DNA of 63,069 nt, filler included, from Reticulomyxa filosa (lineage: Eukaryota > Protista > Foraminifera), in assembly GCA_000512085.1 (NCBI GenBank). It is 16 parts of 16 records of this genome, joined end to end, with 100 filler letters (N's around TTAATTAATTAA, not from the genome) between each part and the next. Parts side by side here need not be neighbours in the genome. Positions count along the whole stretch, not along the records: positions 29,229 to 37,333 come from ASPP01021537.1; positions 37,434 to 39,317 come from ASPP01016276.1; positions 39,418 to 45,925 come from ASPP01006867.1; positions 46,026 to 47,035 come from ASPP01008230.1; positions 47,136 to 60,619 come from ASPP01021022.1; 11 more parts are not named here. One strand, 5' to 3'. Both the position numbers and the translations under genes were made by a program. Numbering within the stretch: the first letter of the stretch is position 1; every line of letters begins with the position of its first letter. Shown here piece by piece: positions 37,258 to 48,805 of this stretch. The notes below the pieces were generated by a model that had not been told where the DNA came from, searched no databases, and was given only the letters and a program-made list of their open reading frames with translations.

Positions 37258-38397
37258 TGGGGTTGGAAGTTCCCAAAAAAAAAATAAAATTTGTATGTGA
37301 TTTTTTAATTCCATATTGTTCCGATTTTCCTTTNNNNNNNNNNNNNNNNNNNNNNNNNNNNNNNNNNNNNNNNNNNNTTAATTAATTAANNNNNNNNNNN
37401 NNNNNNNNNNNNNNNNNNNNNNNNNNNNNNNNNTTTGCATTCTACTGTATATTATGCACATAGAGTATTCGAGATCCGCATCGTGTTCTGTGTGTTTGTG
37501 TGATGAAAAAAGTTTTAGGCAATTCATCGAATGGTCGCATGCATTGAAGCAATTAGCATGTTCCTAAAATCCGATGATGTATTTTTGTCATTGACTATTA
37601 TGACATTTTGTAATTGCTTTTTTTTGATAAATTTTGTCTAATTTTAATTTAAATTTTTAAAATTTAGTTTTTCAAATTGTGTTTCATTCTTGGCTTCTTT
37701 CTTTCAGCTTCAAGTTCTTTTTTTTAATCGAAATATAAATTATACATTCATTTTCTGCGATTGCTTTCTTTATATTATTTCATAACTTTATTTTGTTAAA
37801 TTTTAAACAAAAAACAAAGCAAAAAGTAATCGACTCTGAATTAAAAAAGGTGGAACATATTTTGTTTGTTGTCCTACTCGTGAAATTTGAGCAAATAGAT
37901 TTAATCAATAAGTGTTAGATGACTTTTCCAACTTGTAAAAAAAAAAATTGTCTTCATAGTCTAGATTTTAATTATATTCGAACATAATGCAATGATCAAA
38001 TGAGGCATGTGACACTTTGTTCAATGTTTTTTGTCCCAAGATAGAGCACAACAACAAGAGTAATAGTGTATCATATCAACTCAAAATTATTAAAACAAAA
38101 AATCAATTCAACATTGATTAGTGCAAAACATCATCATAAGGTAGTTTTCCACTTGTCAAAGTCGGAAGCTCATGTAGTGTTTTTTTTTTAATTCGGCAGC
38201 TTTTCGCAATTAAAAAAAAATACATACATAAAAAATACACAGTTGTTTAACTAGTGGCAGAACTTCTATTCGGTTCCAAAACCAACACAAAAAAAACAAC
38301 TTTGAATATCACACCACTACCAACAATAAAAAAGGACCATTTTAAACACCCCTCCCCATTCAAAACACAAACAAACAAAAAAGAACTTTTTTTTATT

Positions 38398-39193
38398 TCA
38401 TTGTTGCGTGGGTGAGGAAACTTTATCATCATTGTTTCCCACAAGTCGTTCTCTGGAAAGCGTTTTTTGATGAACAAGAGAAATCCTGGGTGGCTTTTCT
38501 AAATTTTTCAGGTGGTCGATAATGATTTCCTTTTCGCGTTTAAATTCGGCATCAGATTCTTCGCGTTGTGTCTGAAACTCTTCCAATAACTTGACCAACT
38601 TATCACGGTTCTTGAACAAAATGATGTGGACTTCCTCAGACTTATTGGGATTGGCAACAAAGATTTTGAAAATATGGAACGACTCAAAGCTGATCAAACG
38701 CGACGAGTTTTTCAGCAAAGTCATAACAATGCGCAGATTATTTTTGTTTGTAATATAAACCATTCGAATTTTGGCATTGTGTTTGGATAAAATTACATCC
38801 CCTAACAATTTCAGAAATTTCCCTTGCGTTACAAAGTTTTCACTCATCACTGAGCCATTAAAAAATTGGAACACGACATCAATATGTTGCTCAATGTACT
38901 TTCGACTAATCGTCTCATGTTTGTTCAACAATATGCTCAGCACTTCAAACGCATCGCTGGATATTATCAAATTCGGGTTGTGCGCGTACACAAACAATTG
39001 CGTTACCGCGTCCGTCGCCGTCAGCACCACCTCTCCTATATCATTCCCATACTGCGTCGGCACTTCCAAAATACTCGAATTTGGTTCATTTTTAGTCCCT
39101 TGCTCTTTGCTGGCTACCGCTGCCAGTTGTGTTGGTGCAGATACTGCGTTTTCCACACTTTTCTCTTCGACAATTGCATTTGCAACAGTATCT
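38398..39193 (-). CDS. MO25: MO25/CAB39 scaffold protein, last exon
   Basis: ISSDAFEVLSILLNKH, SENFVTQGKFLKLLGDVIL, NLRIVMTLL, ISFESFHIFKIFVANPNK and FKREKEIII. Confidence 0.9.
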
Positions 39194-39282
39194 CTATTTT
39201 TTTTTTTTTTTTTTTTTTTTTTATTTAACCAAACATTTAGCACGTGCATTACACTTTTTTTGTTTTTTCTCTCCCCCCCTCC

Positions 39283-39317
<35 letters not shown>

Positions 39318-39558
39318 NNNNNNNNNNNNNNNNNNNNNNNNNNNNNNNNNNNNNNNNNNNNTTAATTAATTAANNNNNNNNNNNNNNNNNNNNNNNNNNN
39401 NNNNNNNNNNNNNNNNNTTTTTTTTTTTTTTTTTTTTGGCAGAATGTGTATATTTTGATGAAAAATTGGAATGTTGTAGTTTTGTACATATATATATACG
39501 TATGTGTGTATGTGTGTAAAATGGTGCAGAATGCGGAGGGAGAGAAGATAGAAAAAAT

Positions 39559-40587
39559 GTGGATATAAAAAAACATGTACAAATACAAAACCGTTCTATA
39601 AACAATGAAATGAAAGAATTAGCGACAAATGAACCGTTTTCATCTGTCAATCCAATTGTTTCAAAAGGTGACGACTTGGCCTACTTAAAACAAAACTTGC
39701 ATCAAATTCTCCCTTCCACCAATGAACTAGTGCCCTCCAATCAATTTACATTCGCTGATATTGTCCCCAAATCTGGTTTTGTCTTCTTTTGTTTCTGTTG
39801 TTTTTGTTGTTTCATTTCTTTTTTTTTTTCTTTTTAGAGCGTGGGAGAAAAAAATTGGAGTTTAAAACATGTGCTAAAAAAAAATAAAATAAAAAAAATA
39901 AAGATGCGATCAACCCAATAGTAAATGGTAATCATGGCGTGTTGACAAATCTTCCAAAACAGACGAATGGTAATGGCTGGAACGAAGTAAATTATTTCAA
40001 ACATAATTGTAACAATGCAATTGTGTCTCAGAGTAATGCCAATTCATCAAACCAATCCTCGATAATCAAATCCGATGGCTATATTGATTTGGACAACATT
40101 TGTAGTACATCATCAATCCACAACAAAGAAATTTTTTTTGAGAGCGACGCATTATTTCAGTCCAAACAACATGAACATGCTGCAGACAAATTATTACTCG
40201 ATAATTTGTCTTCATCCCAATGGACTGGCTGTTTGGTTTTCATTTTGTCTAAGAGGACAGAGCGAGAGGTGGGAAAAAAAAAACATTTTTAAAAATTTAT
40301 ATCCAAAAAAAAACAAAACAGGCTCAACTTCTCCGATGAGTTGCAAACCAAGCAATGACAAACCACACTTGAACAATCGGGAAGTAATCGAGATGAGAAT
40401 CACAAAAGACGATGAAATGATCGAAACGCAGCCTGACATATGTTCATCCTCGCCTGTTTTTCAATTGAACTTGGACTTGCCTCAAGCAGTCGATGATCTA
40501 CAATTCATTGATCCTGACTATACAGAAGACATATTCGGGCCGTCGCAATATACTTTTGGCTCTTCGTTTTTATCCCAAAATAGCTGA
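39559..40587 (+). CDS. Uncharacterised Ser/Asn-rich protein, about 3 exons
   Basis: Three same-strand ORFs separated by T-rich/A-rich GT-AG intron-like segments, with no recognisable domain. Confidence 0.45.
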
Positions 40588-41711
40588 CACAATGAAAAAC
40601 TACACAAACAAACATATACTTTTGGTACTATGAAATGAATGTAAGTTTTTTTACATTTGTTTGTTTTCTGTTTCATTGTGTTGAGTTTTTGTTTGTTTTT
40701 CTTTCTTTAGGAAAAAAATTGAGTTTCCTGGGCAAACCAATCTTGTTTTATTTACTTTTAGATTTTTTCTTTTTGGTTATTGCTTTTAGTGTTTTCGTGC
40801 TTATTGTTGTTTGGTTTTTCTTTTATAAAAGACTCGATGAGTTATATTCTGGCTTTGTATATAACTTAATGAAATTTGTGCCTCTTCGATTCTTGTTGCA
40901 AACTGCGATTTTTGTTTTTGTTTTTTTTAAGAACTTTTTTGTGTTTTCTTTTATATTTAGTTTATTAGTAGTTTAGTAACCTTTTTTGAGAAATATTTGT
41001 TTCACAGCCACTACATTTTATCTGTTGCAAAAGAATAAGGAAAGAGGCTGCTTAATCCTATGTTATAAATACTTTAACTCTTGACAATTATTTCACACAA
41101 TAGAGGCTGGAAAACGTTGCACTTTTTTAGCTTCAAAACATCGAGAATATATTTTGAGACTAAAAGCAGTCCATTAGTAAATTTTATCATTTTAGAACCT
41201 TTTGCAACTATTTTTCAGGTTACAACCGACCTAGAACATCTTACAAATTTAAAAACATGTTTGTTGACACTGCTGAAATTAACATTTTGAGGATGCTTAT
41301 TTCCATAAAAAATGGTAGCTACTTCTTTGAATTAGAGAAATCTATTTATCACTTTATTCAAAATCAAAGAATGATTACAATTATCTTTTCGTATTTATTA
41401 CAACTCTTACACGCTGCGGCAATTTGCCCTTTTATATTGCACACAATGTTGAAACATTACTGAAGAAAGAATAATGCTTTGGATGTATTTCTCATTTGAT
41501 AATTTTTTGTTTTTTAAAATCTTATATGATTGATTTTTGCATCAATAACATTTTTGCACGTTTAACAACATGTTGATTAACACAAACCTGTTCAGCAACA
41601 AAGATTTATTTCAAATTAATCGAATGAGAAAAAACAATATATAGAAACAAGCATCTAGCCAGTATCATGTCAATAGTTTATACAGAGTTGTGACAGTAAT
41701 AGGAAAAGCTA

Positions 41712-44700
41712 CTACCAATTATAAGCGTCTGGATGTTGCATACACATGCTGCAATCTAATTGTTCTCCTTTTGAGCTGTTATACAAACCAAACCGAATTC
41801 CAATGCTATATAAAAATTCATGGAATCCAATTACTTGGTTGTCGTTAGTATCTAATTGAATAAACATATCGCTACAAGAGATATTTGAATTGTGACTTAT
41901 AAGCAACGAAGAAGAGACAAAGTCATCCCAGTAATAACACAGTTCATCTTCCGTTATTACTTCCAGGGCATATATGTCAGTTTCATTTGGAGAGTACCAG
42001 GGGTTGGAAATTCGTTCAAAGTATTCATATGATTGTTCGCAATTAGCAGCACAACCATAGCAGTCATCCTCTGTGTGGTAATTAACAATTTTATTTAAAA
42101 AAAAATCCATCGTGTATTGATTGTAAAAGTGGTAATAAATAGATGACGGTATAACTGTCATTTCCACAATTACTCGACTGCCTGCAAACATTATCACACC
42201 ACCCATCGCTGATCCAACTCTCATAACACGAGATTGTTCCATTTGTACCATTCATTTGATTACATACGCGGTCTTCAATGCATTTTCCAAAATCATTCGA
42301 ACAAACCTTTTCCAAAAAAAAAAGTATACGTATACGTACACACAATACAAAGAAAGTTCTGCCCCTTTGTCTACTCTCAGTTAATACTGAGAACAAAACA
42401 AATGTAACAACAATAGCAACAAAATTACACCGTTGTATTGCAGTTTATCGCATCACATTCGCCATCAACGTTAAGTGGACAAGTGGTAGTATCACACAAT
42501 TGGTTGCAATCACCGCCATCAAAATCACATGCCAGATTGTTGCATTCTTTTTCACAAAAAAAAAAAAGAAATGGCTACGTTGCCATCGGACTTCACAACC
42601 AAAAAGATATTACCTGTATTGCAGACCCCGTCTTCGTGTAGATAGGGTCTACACAACAAGTTCCAAGCCGTTTCAGGAGTGCACATAACGTCACAGCACC
42701 CGGTTTCATTGATGAACTGGATCAGCTTTTGCGGATAGAGGTCTCGACTACTCGTGCATAGGAGCGTGTCTTGGAACCAGTAATTGGTATTCGAGCCTTT
42801 CCAAGCCAGACTTAGGTTGAGATTGCGAACCCAGCTATGGTTCGTGTGATGGATTGAATCATGGTTCGGAATGAACGTCAAGAAGGAAATACTGGTCCAA
42901 TACATTGATAGTTCCAGTAGTGATGGGCTGCTCAACAATTCCATTGGGAAATATCGTAGCGTCATACCACCTTTTATGTTTTATACAAATTTCTTTTTGT
43001 TACGTATACGCATATACATATATACGTACATATGTACAATTTTTTGGAATGTTCTTACCTGATACCATAAACGATTGCAAACGAGGCAAATTGACAACGC
43101 AAGCAGGTACAGCAGGGAATTTACAAAACTAATCACAGGGATTACAACGAAAAAAAGCGCCCGATATATGTACATACATATTTATACGTATATACAACAT
43201 TGGCATTAGTTATTGAATACCGTGTGTGTATGTGTATGATAAAGGGTAGGTGGTGGACGTTGGAAGAGAATACCTCCAATTTGATTCCGGTTAATAGTGA
43301 CAAGTCGCAGAGTTGCTCTGGAAACGTCCACAGCTCGTTGTTGCTCAAGTCGGCGTATTTCAAGTTGGTCAGTGTGCGGAACGAGTCAGGCAACGTCGAA
43401 ATGAAGCCGTACGTGATCTTCAAATAATTGATATTCGACCATTTCGAAATGGCAGACGGAAGGGATGCGTCCTTAATTGTCACACGAGACAAATCGAACA
43501 CCAACATGAAAGCCCCCGCCGAATAAATACTCTCCGCAGTCATATTGAGAGTGATCCTTTACGTACAAACATAGCATTAGTATAATTCATAATTATAGAA
43601 AATGTATATAATATACGTATAACCCAATTAACAAGGGAGAGAGAAAGATTAAATACCTATTAGCTCTATCTTCAAAAAAAAACACTTGCAGCATATCCCA
43701 TTCGGCCAACACACGTTCCAAGATGTTAGCAGCAAGTCGGGAATGTATTTCAGTCTGATTGGTGGTATTGGCGTATAGCTCTTGATTATGATTGGCCACA
43801 AAATCGGCTAGTTGAAGATCTTCATCGCTTGCAGAGTTGATATCGAAGCGAAAGACGCGACAGTTGCAAGGGATTCTATCTTCGTTTGGATCGAATGTCC
43901 GTGATGGGAGGATGCGATGGTAGGGATAGACTTGGAGCTTGCACTTGTCCCAAACATACAACTCCGGATGTCGTCGCAGGAGTTGTTGATACATGGACGG
44001 AATCGAGTTCGACATGGTGAAATTTTCATTGAGATAGCGATATTTCACTCCGCTGTTGCAAATGGCCGCAGACTGATGAAAGTGTTGAAGCGGCAAGACG
44101 ATTTCAATTATTCCGATGATCAGATAAAACATCGCCAACGCCATTATCAGCATTTTGCGAATGAAATATTTGCGTCGCATATCCGGATTTCCCTGCAGTT
44201 CTTTTCTCTTCCGGGTTCAACTTCAACGTCTTTTCTTTTTCGTCGTGGTCGTTTTTCTTGTACACAAATGGGAGTGCCAGTTTCAATTGGCAAGCCCAAC
44301 TTGGAAGCCACGCTTTAATGATATCATTAGTCATTTACATACAATTACAATTGAAAGCTATTTTATTTATTTTTTTTTTTTGCAAGAGGTGGGAGGGTAA
44401 AAAAAAAAAGGGGGGGAGGAACATAAAAAAAAAATTTATACATAATAAGTTCCAACCACCACATTCAAAAAGTGCAAAAAAAAAAAAAAATTCAAACCGT
44501 GATTATCAAAGCCCTCAAGTTTACGGATGGTAATCTTGGAATTGTCGGGCAGCTCTTGCTGGAAATTATCTGTGTCAACGACAGATGCCAGCTCGCCCAT
44601 GCCTTGGGGATTGGGCAACATGTCCTCCAGAAACGCAGTTACGCGTTTGTGCGCGTTGTAGCTTTTGAAATACTGGCTCACAATCGCCAGTCGAAGACGT

Positions 44701-45900
44701 AACATTGCTCTGTCGTGCAGCAGCACATTGGAACAACGACGGACCAATAACACCAGAGGAAACCAGTTTGCAATGAATCGAAAGCTAGATTTGTCAACAT
44801 TTCCCCCCCCCCCCCCCAATACATACGTACACATATACGCAAATATTATTCCCCTTGTCTCAAAAAGAGAAAAAAAAAACTCAACCCATCGGTAATGGCC
44901 AATTGGGCCAAGCCGTCTCTAACATTCGACGTGGAATACACTTCCACGATCAATGGGAACAAAAAGAAAAACGTGTCGAAGATGGAATCCATGACGAAGA
45001 AGATATCTTTAAACAATTGCCCATGAAAGACCTTCCCCCACGATATATATAGCATCCACAACGAGAAATCGACAAGACAATTGCACCCAATCATTGTCGC
45101 GTACAGCACGATAAACCCCGGACTTTGACTCACTTGTCTCCGGTTATAGCCGTTGTACGAAAACAATGCAATCGTTTGAACAACTTTTAAACAACGCACA
45201 TAATTTGCCAATCCATTTTATTTATTTTTTTTGGATTGATTGATCCATCAGTACAGTTAACATACGTATCAAATATAAAATTGATTCATAAGCATATAAA
45301 TATATTAAACTATATTTATATATATTGTATATAACATACAATAAAAAGTTAACTAATTTCAAAAAATTCTTTGATAGTTTCCCAAACGATCCATCCTTTT
45401 GCATCAGTTGCAAAGTTTTTCTTCCAAAAACTTTTGACGGCGAGTAAAAGTTTGGCCATAGTTTCGCAGGCCGATGGGATTTTGGAGACGTCTTCTGGCA
45501 GCAAGGCATAGACGCAAGACACGTCCCAGCACAAGTTTCGCAGGTACGATTGCGAGACGGTCGACCTTCGAACCGAGACCCTTCTCTTGCGTTCTTGCTT
45601 CTGTTTGAATTGGATTTCACGAATGGTCCAGGGCAGCGCCTTGTTCTGCATACCCAATCTGCGCATAAACACATTGTGTTGGCTTTCCGCCGTGTGATAC
45701 TCGTAATATGGCAACTGTCCTTTCAAGTATTGCCACAAGTCCAATCCGAACGCAACCGATGTGTACAGTACGCGATACGCCAAAAGTGACGCACACGCAA
45801 AAAACAGCAGCGCAAACAGAACACTGCGTGCCGATGTCGGACGAAATTCACTCCAAAAGCCATTGTCACTGAACAGTGCATCTTCATTAGCTTTTCGTGT
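41712..45900 (-). CDS. Multi-pass TM / LRR / LNR (Lin12-Notch) repeat / EF-hand protein, 5' truncated
   Basis: Several hydrophobic helices (45900-44100) and LRRs (LPDSFRTLTNLKYADLSNNELWTFPEQLCDL). LNR-like repeats are DGVCNT|ECNNLACDFDGGDC, DGECDAINCN and WISDGWCDNVC..CGND. An EF-hand reads DTNDNQVIGFHE. Confidence 0.8.
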
Positions 45901-46094
45901 CAACAATGCATATATACACATATATNNNNNNNNNNNNNNNNNNNNNNNNNNNNNNNNNNNNNNNNNNNNTTAATTAATTAANNNNNNNNNNNNNNNNNNN
46001 NNNNNNNNNNNNNNNNNNNNNNNNNAAAAAAAGAAGTAAGTTAAATTGGTATTTTTGATTGACCATTTTGTGTTTTTCATATTGGGGAAAAAAG

Positions 46095-46254
46095 AGTTTG
46101 TCGGTAACGCCAGAGTTGCCCAACGAAGATATATCCGCAATAAAAATCAAGCCAACGGCGGCAATCGTCAAAAGCACTATTCCAAAAGGATTGAGTCCTT
46201 CTCGACCATCACACCGAGTTTTGCAAATGTTTTAAGCATATACATTATGTATAG

Positions 46255-46293
<39 letters not shown>

Positions 46294-47017
46294 TTCCTCC
46301 CTTTTTTTGAAAGATGATTGAAATACAATGAAACAACGAACGCATCAGATGATGACGACCCAAGATTACGAAAAGTCATTGACCACGATCCAAACGCCGG
46401 AGCTGCCGATGGAAGACACGGAAGAGATAAAGAAAGACAAGCTCCCCGAACTGCCACCCGAAGACTTGGATGACATAAAGAAGGGCAGCATTCCGCAATT
46501 GCCGGACGAAGACTTGTCCGAGTTGAGGAAGGGCAAGAAGAACTTTGGCAAGGTCAAAGGTGCCATCCCCACGCTCGCCAAGATCGACGATGACATCGAG
46601 TTGACAGCCGAGGGGAGCCATTCCAAAATCACGCCCATCGAAGTCGACGACGCGAACAAAAACCCGGACCATTTGCGATTGCATATTGAGCGCGTGCAGA
46701 CCCCGACTTACGCCACTAGCTCTGTGCGCGACGTGTCGCATTTGGGTGTCGGTGGAAAGACAGACTCGCCCAGCGCAGGAGGAGGAGGAGGAGTGGTTGA
46801 TCCAGCGTCGTTTTCTCTGGCCAGTGGATCCGATACACCTCGCGTCAAAGATGACACTGCAGGAGGCGAGCGCAGAGGCTCCAGTCGTAGTCGCAGTCAT
46901 AGTCCTCAACGCAACTCAAAAGGCACTGACGAAAACACCGCCTCGTCGGGACGTAGTCGGACCAGGTCGCCTCAAAGGCCGTCCAAAGCAGGCGATGCGT
47001 CTGCTGACGCTGATCAA
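46095..47017 (+). CDS. Low-complexity protein fragment with P[EQ]LPxED repeats and an RS-rich segment
   Basis: GC-richer coding sequence. An upstream exon reads LSVTPELPNEDISAIK, and ORF 46328-47017 carries three more copies. Confidence 0.6.
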
Positions 47018-47135
47018 GTTTACTTTTATTATTATNNNNNNNNNNNNNNNNNNNNNNNNNNNNNNNNNNNNNNNNNNNNTTAATTAATTAANNNNNNNNN
47101 NNNNNNNNNNNNNNNNNNNNNNNNNNNNNNNNNNN

Positions 47136-48020
47136 GTTTTGTATGTGGCATTAAACCAAAATAATATACTTGAAATTTAATAGATATGCTAAAAGCACAA
47201 GATTTTCAAGAAATGGTACAAAATGAACAATTTAATAATTCACTACAAATATTTGCGAGTACATGGAAGTTCTGGAGACCAATTTCATACATTCAATCAT
47301 TACAAAGTAAGAAATGTTTAGAAATAGTTTTAGCTCATACTATTTTAAATAAGAAAGTACAATTACTTTCAAAAGTGACAATACACGATACATGGAAAAC
47401 ATTAATTCAGAAAGGTATGATTCTTACAAAGCAGAACTATGGAGAAGAAGATGAAATAAGATACTCTATATATCCATTAGCTGTGATATCACTTGCGTTA
47501 GAAACTTTTGATGAAGACAGTATATTATACTGTGTTAAGAAAATGATTAATGCATGTCAAATGCTAACATCATCGTCATTTAAAGATTTGTATTTGTGGA
47601 ATTTTCTTTTTCGGATTCGTGCTCAATATATTCTTTCCAAAAATAATATAAATAGTGATGTCAAATTATTTCAACAAATATTTGGAACTAAAGATGAATG
47701 GGAGAAAATAAGTTGAATCTAATGGAATGTATTATAAAATCAATCAACCTTTTAATGAATGGAAGAAAGGAAAAACAAATCTTGAATTTGGAGCTTATCA
47801 ATTTTCAAATACAAATGAAGGATTTGATTTATTGTTTTGTCTTTCTCCAAATATTATTGCAATTGCAGATTTAAAAGAATTTGCATGGGATAAAGTAGCA
47901 CAAAATTTGCAAAAAAAAATTAGCTATAAGACAATTATAGAAGAACCATAAACACTACTAAGAAATTACTTTAAAAAAAATAAAAAACTAACATTTTGTA
48001 TAACTTCCTTTTTTTCTTCA
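47136..48020 (+). pseudogene. Disrupted NTPase C-terminal/wHTH plus PD-(D/E)xK nuclease gene (Crinkler/CR-effector-like)
   Basis: Intronless, with stops at 47714 and 47949. Motifs are STWKFWRPISYI, LIQKGMIL..IYPL, SFKDLYLW..R and NEGFDLLF...IAIADLK. Confidence 0.45.
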
Positions 48021-48805
48021 GTTCTAAAACACTCCGGCATACTGCTAATTAATTTCTGACAAAATTCTACAGTATTTTTCCCATTCATCTTGAACAATCT
48101 CCCACAAAAAAGAATTTAAACAAATTATTTAGCAAAGAAATGTTATGAATTAATTATTATTTTTAATATATACACTATTTTCAATCTTGCATTTTTGTTA
48201 ATTTAATAATATTTGATAGTACCATATCAATAAATATCCATTTTTCATTCAACTGTAATGTTGTAGGTCAAGCCCCTATTACACATGGCCGAACTCTTAT
48301 GGAACTGATGAGCTCCCTTTGGGTTAAACTTTTCTACAAACTTTCTTCACTTCTTGTTTTTGGTCTTTCTTTTTTACTTATTGAGTTATTCATTTTGGTT
48401 ATTTAGTTTACTTTGTTTTACTGAAAGCCACTCCCAATTTGAGTAAAACCTTTTCGTATTACATTTAGTGTAGCTCTCTACCACATTTTAATGATTTAAT
48501 TGCCAGTAATAATCATTTTACGTGTAGTACTAAGCATTATCGAAATCCAAGTGAATATCAGAACTATCTTTATTCTGGTTCACACTAACTTCAATCCTCA
48601 GTTTTTTGTTTTTTTTAAAGTTGATTTTCATAAAGTGACATTTCACGTTTGTATACCACTTGATTAGTGGAATACTGTTTTATTCTTTCATTTAAAAAAT
48701 ACTTAAAAGAAGTATGATCGTTTAAAAAGTACTAAGAAACGGATAACAAACAATGAAAAAACAAAGAAACTAATATGGAATGACTTCTAAAAATATTTTA
48801 AAAAA

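Noticed and set aside
48270-48295. AGCCCCTATTACACATGGCCG, resembling a PIF/Harbinger terminal inverted repeat
   Set aside because: No matching inverted copy or transposase was seen in the contig.
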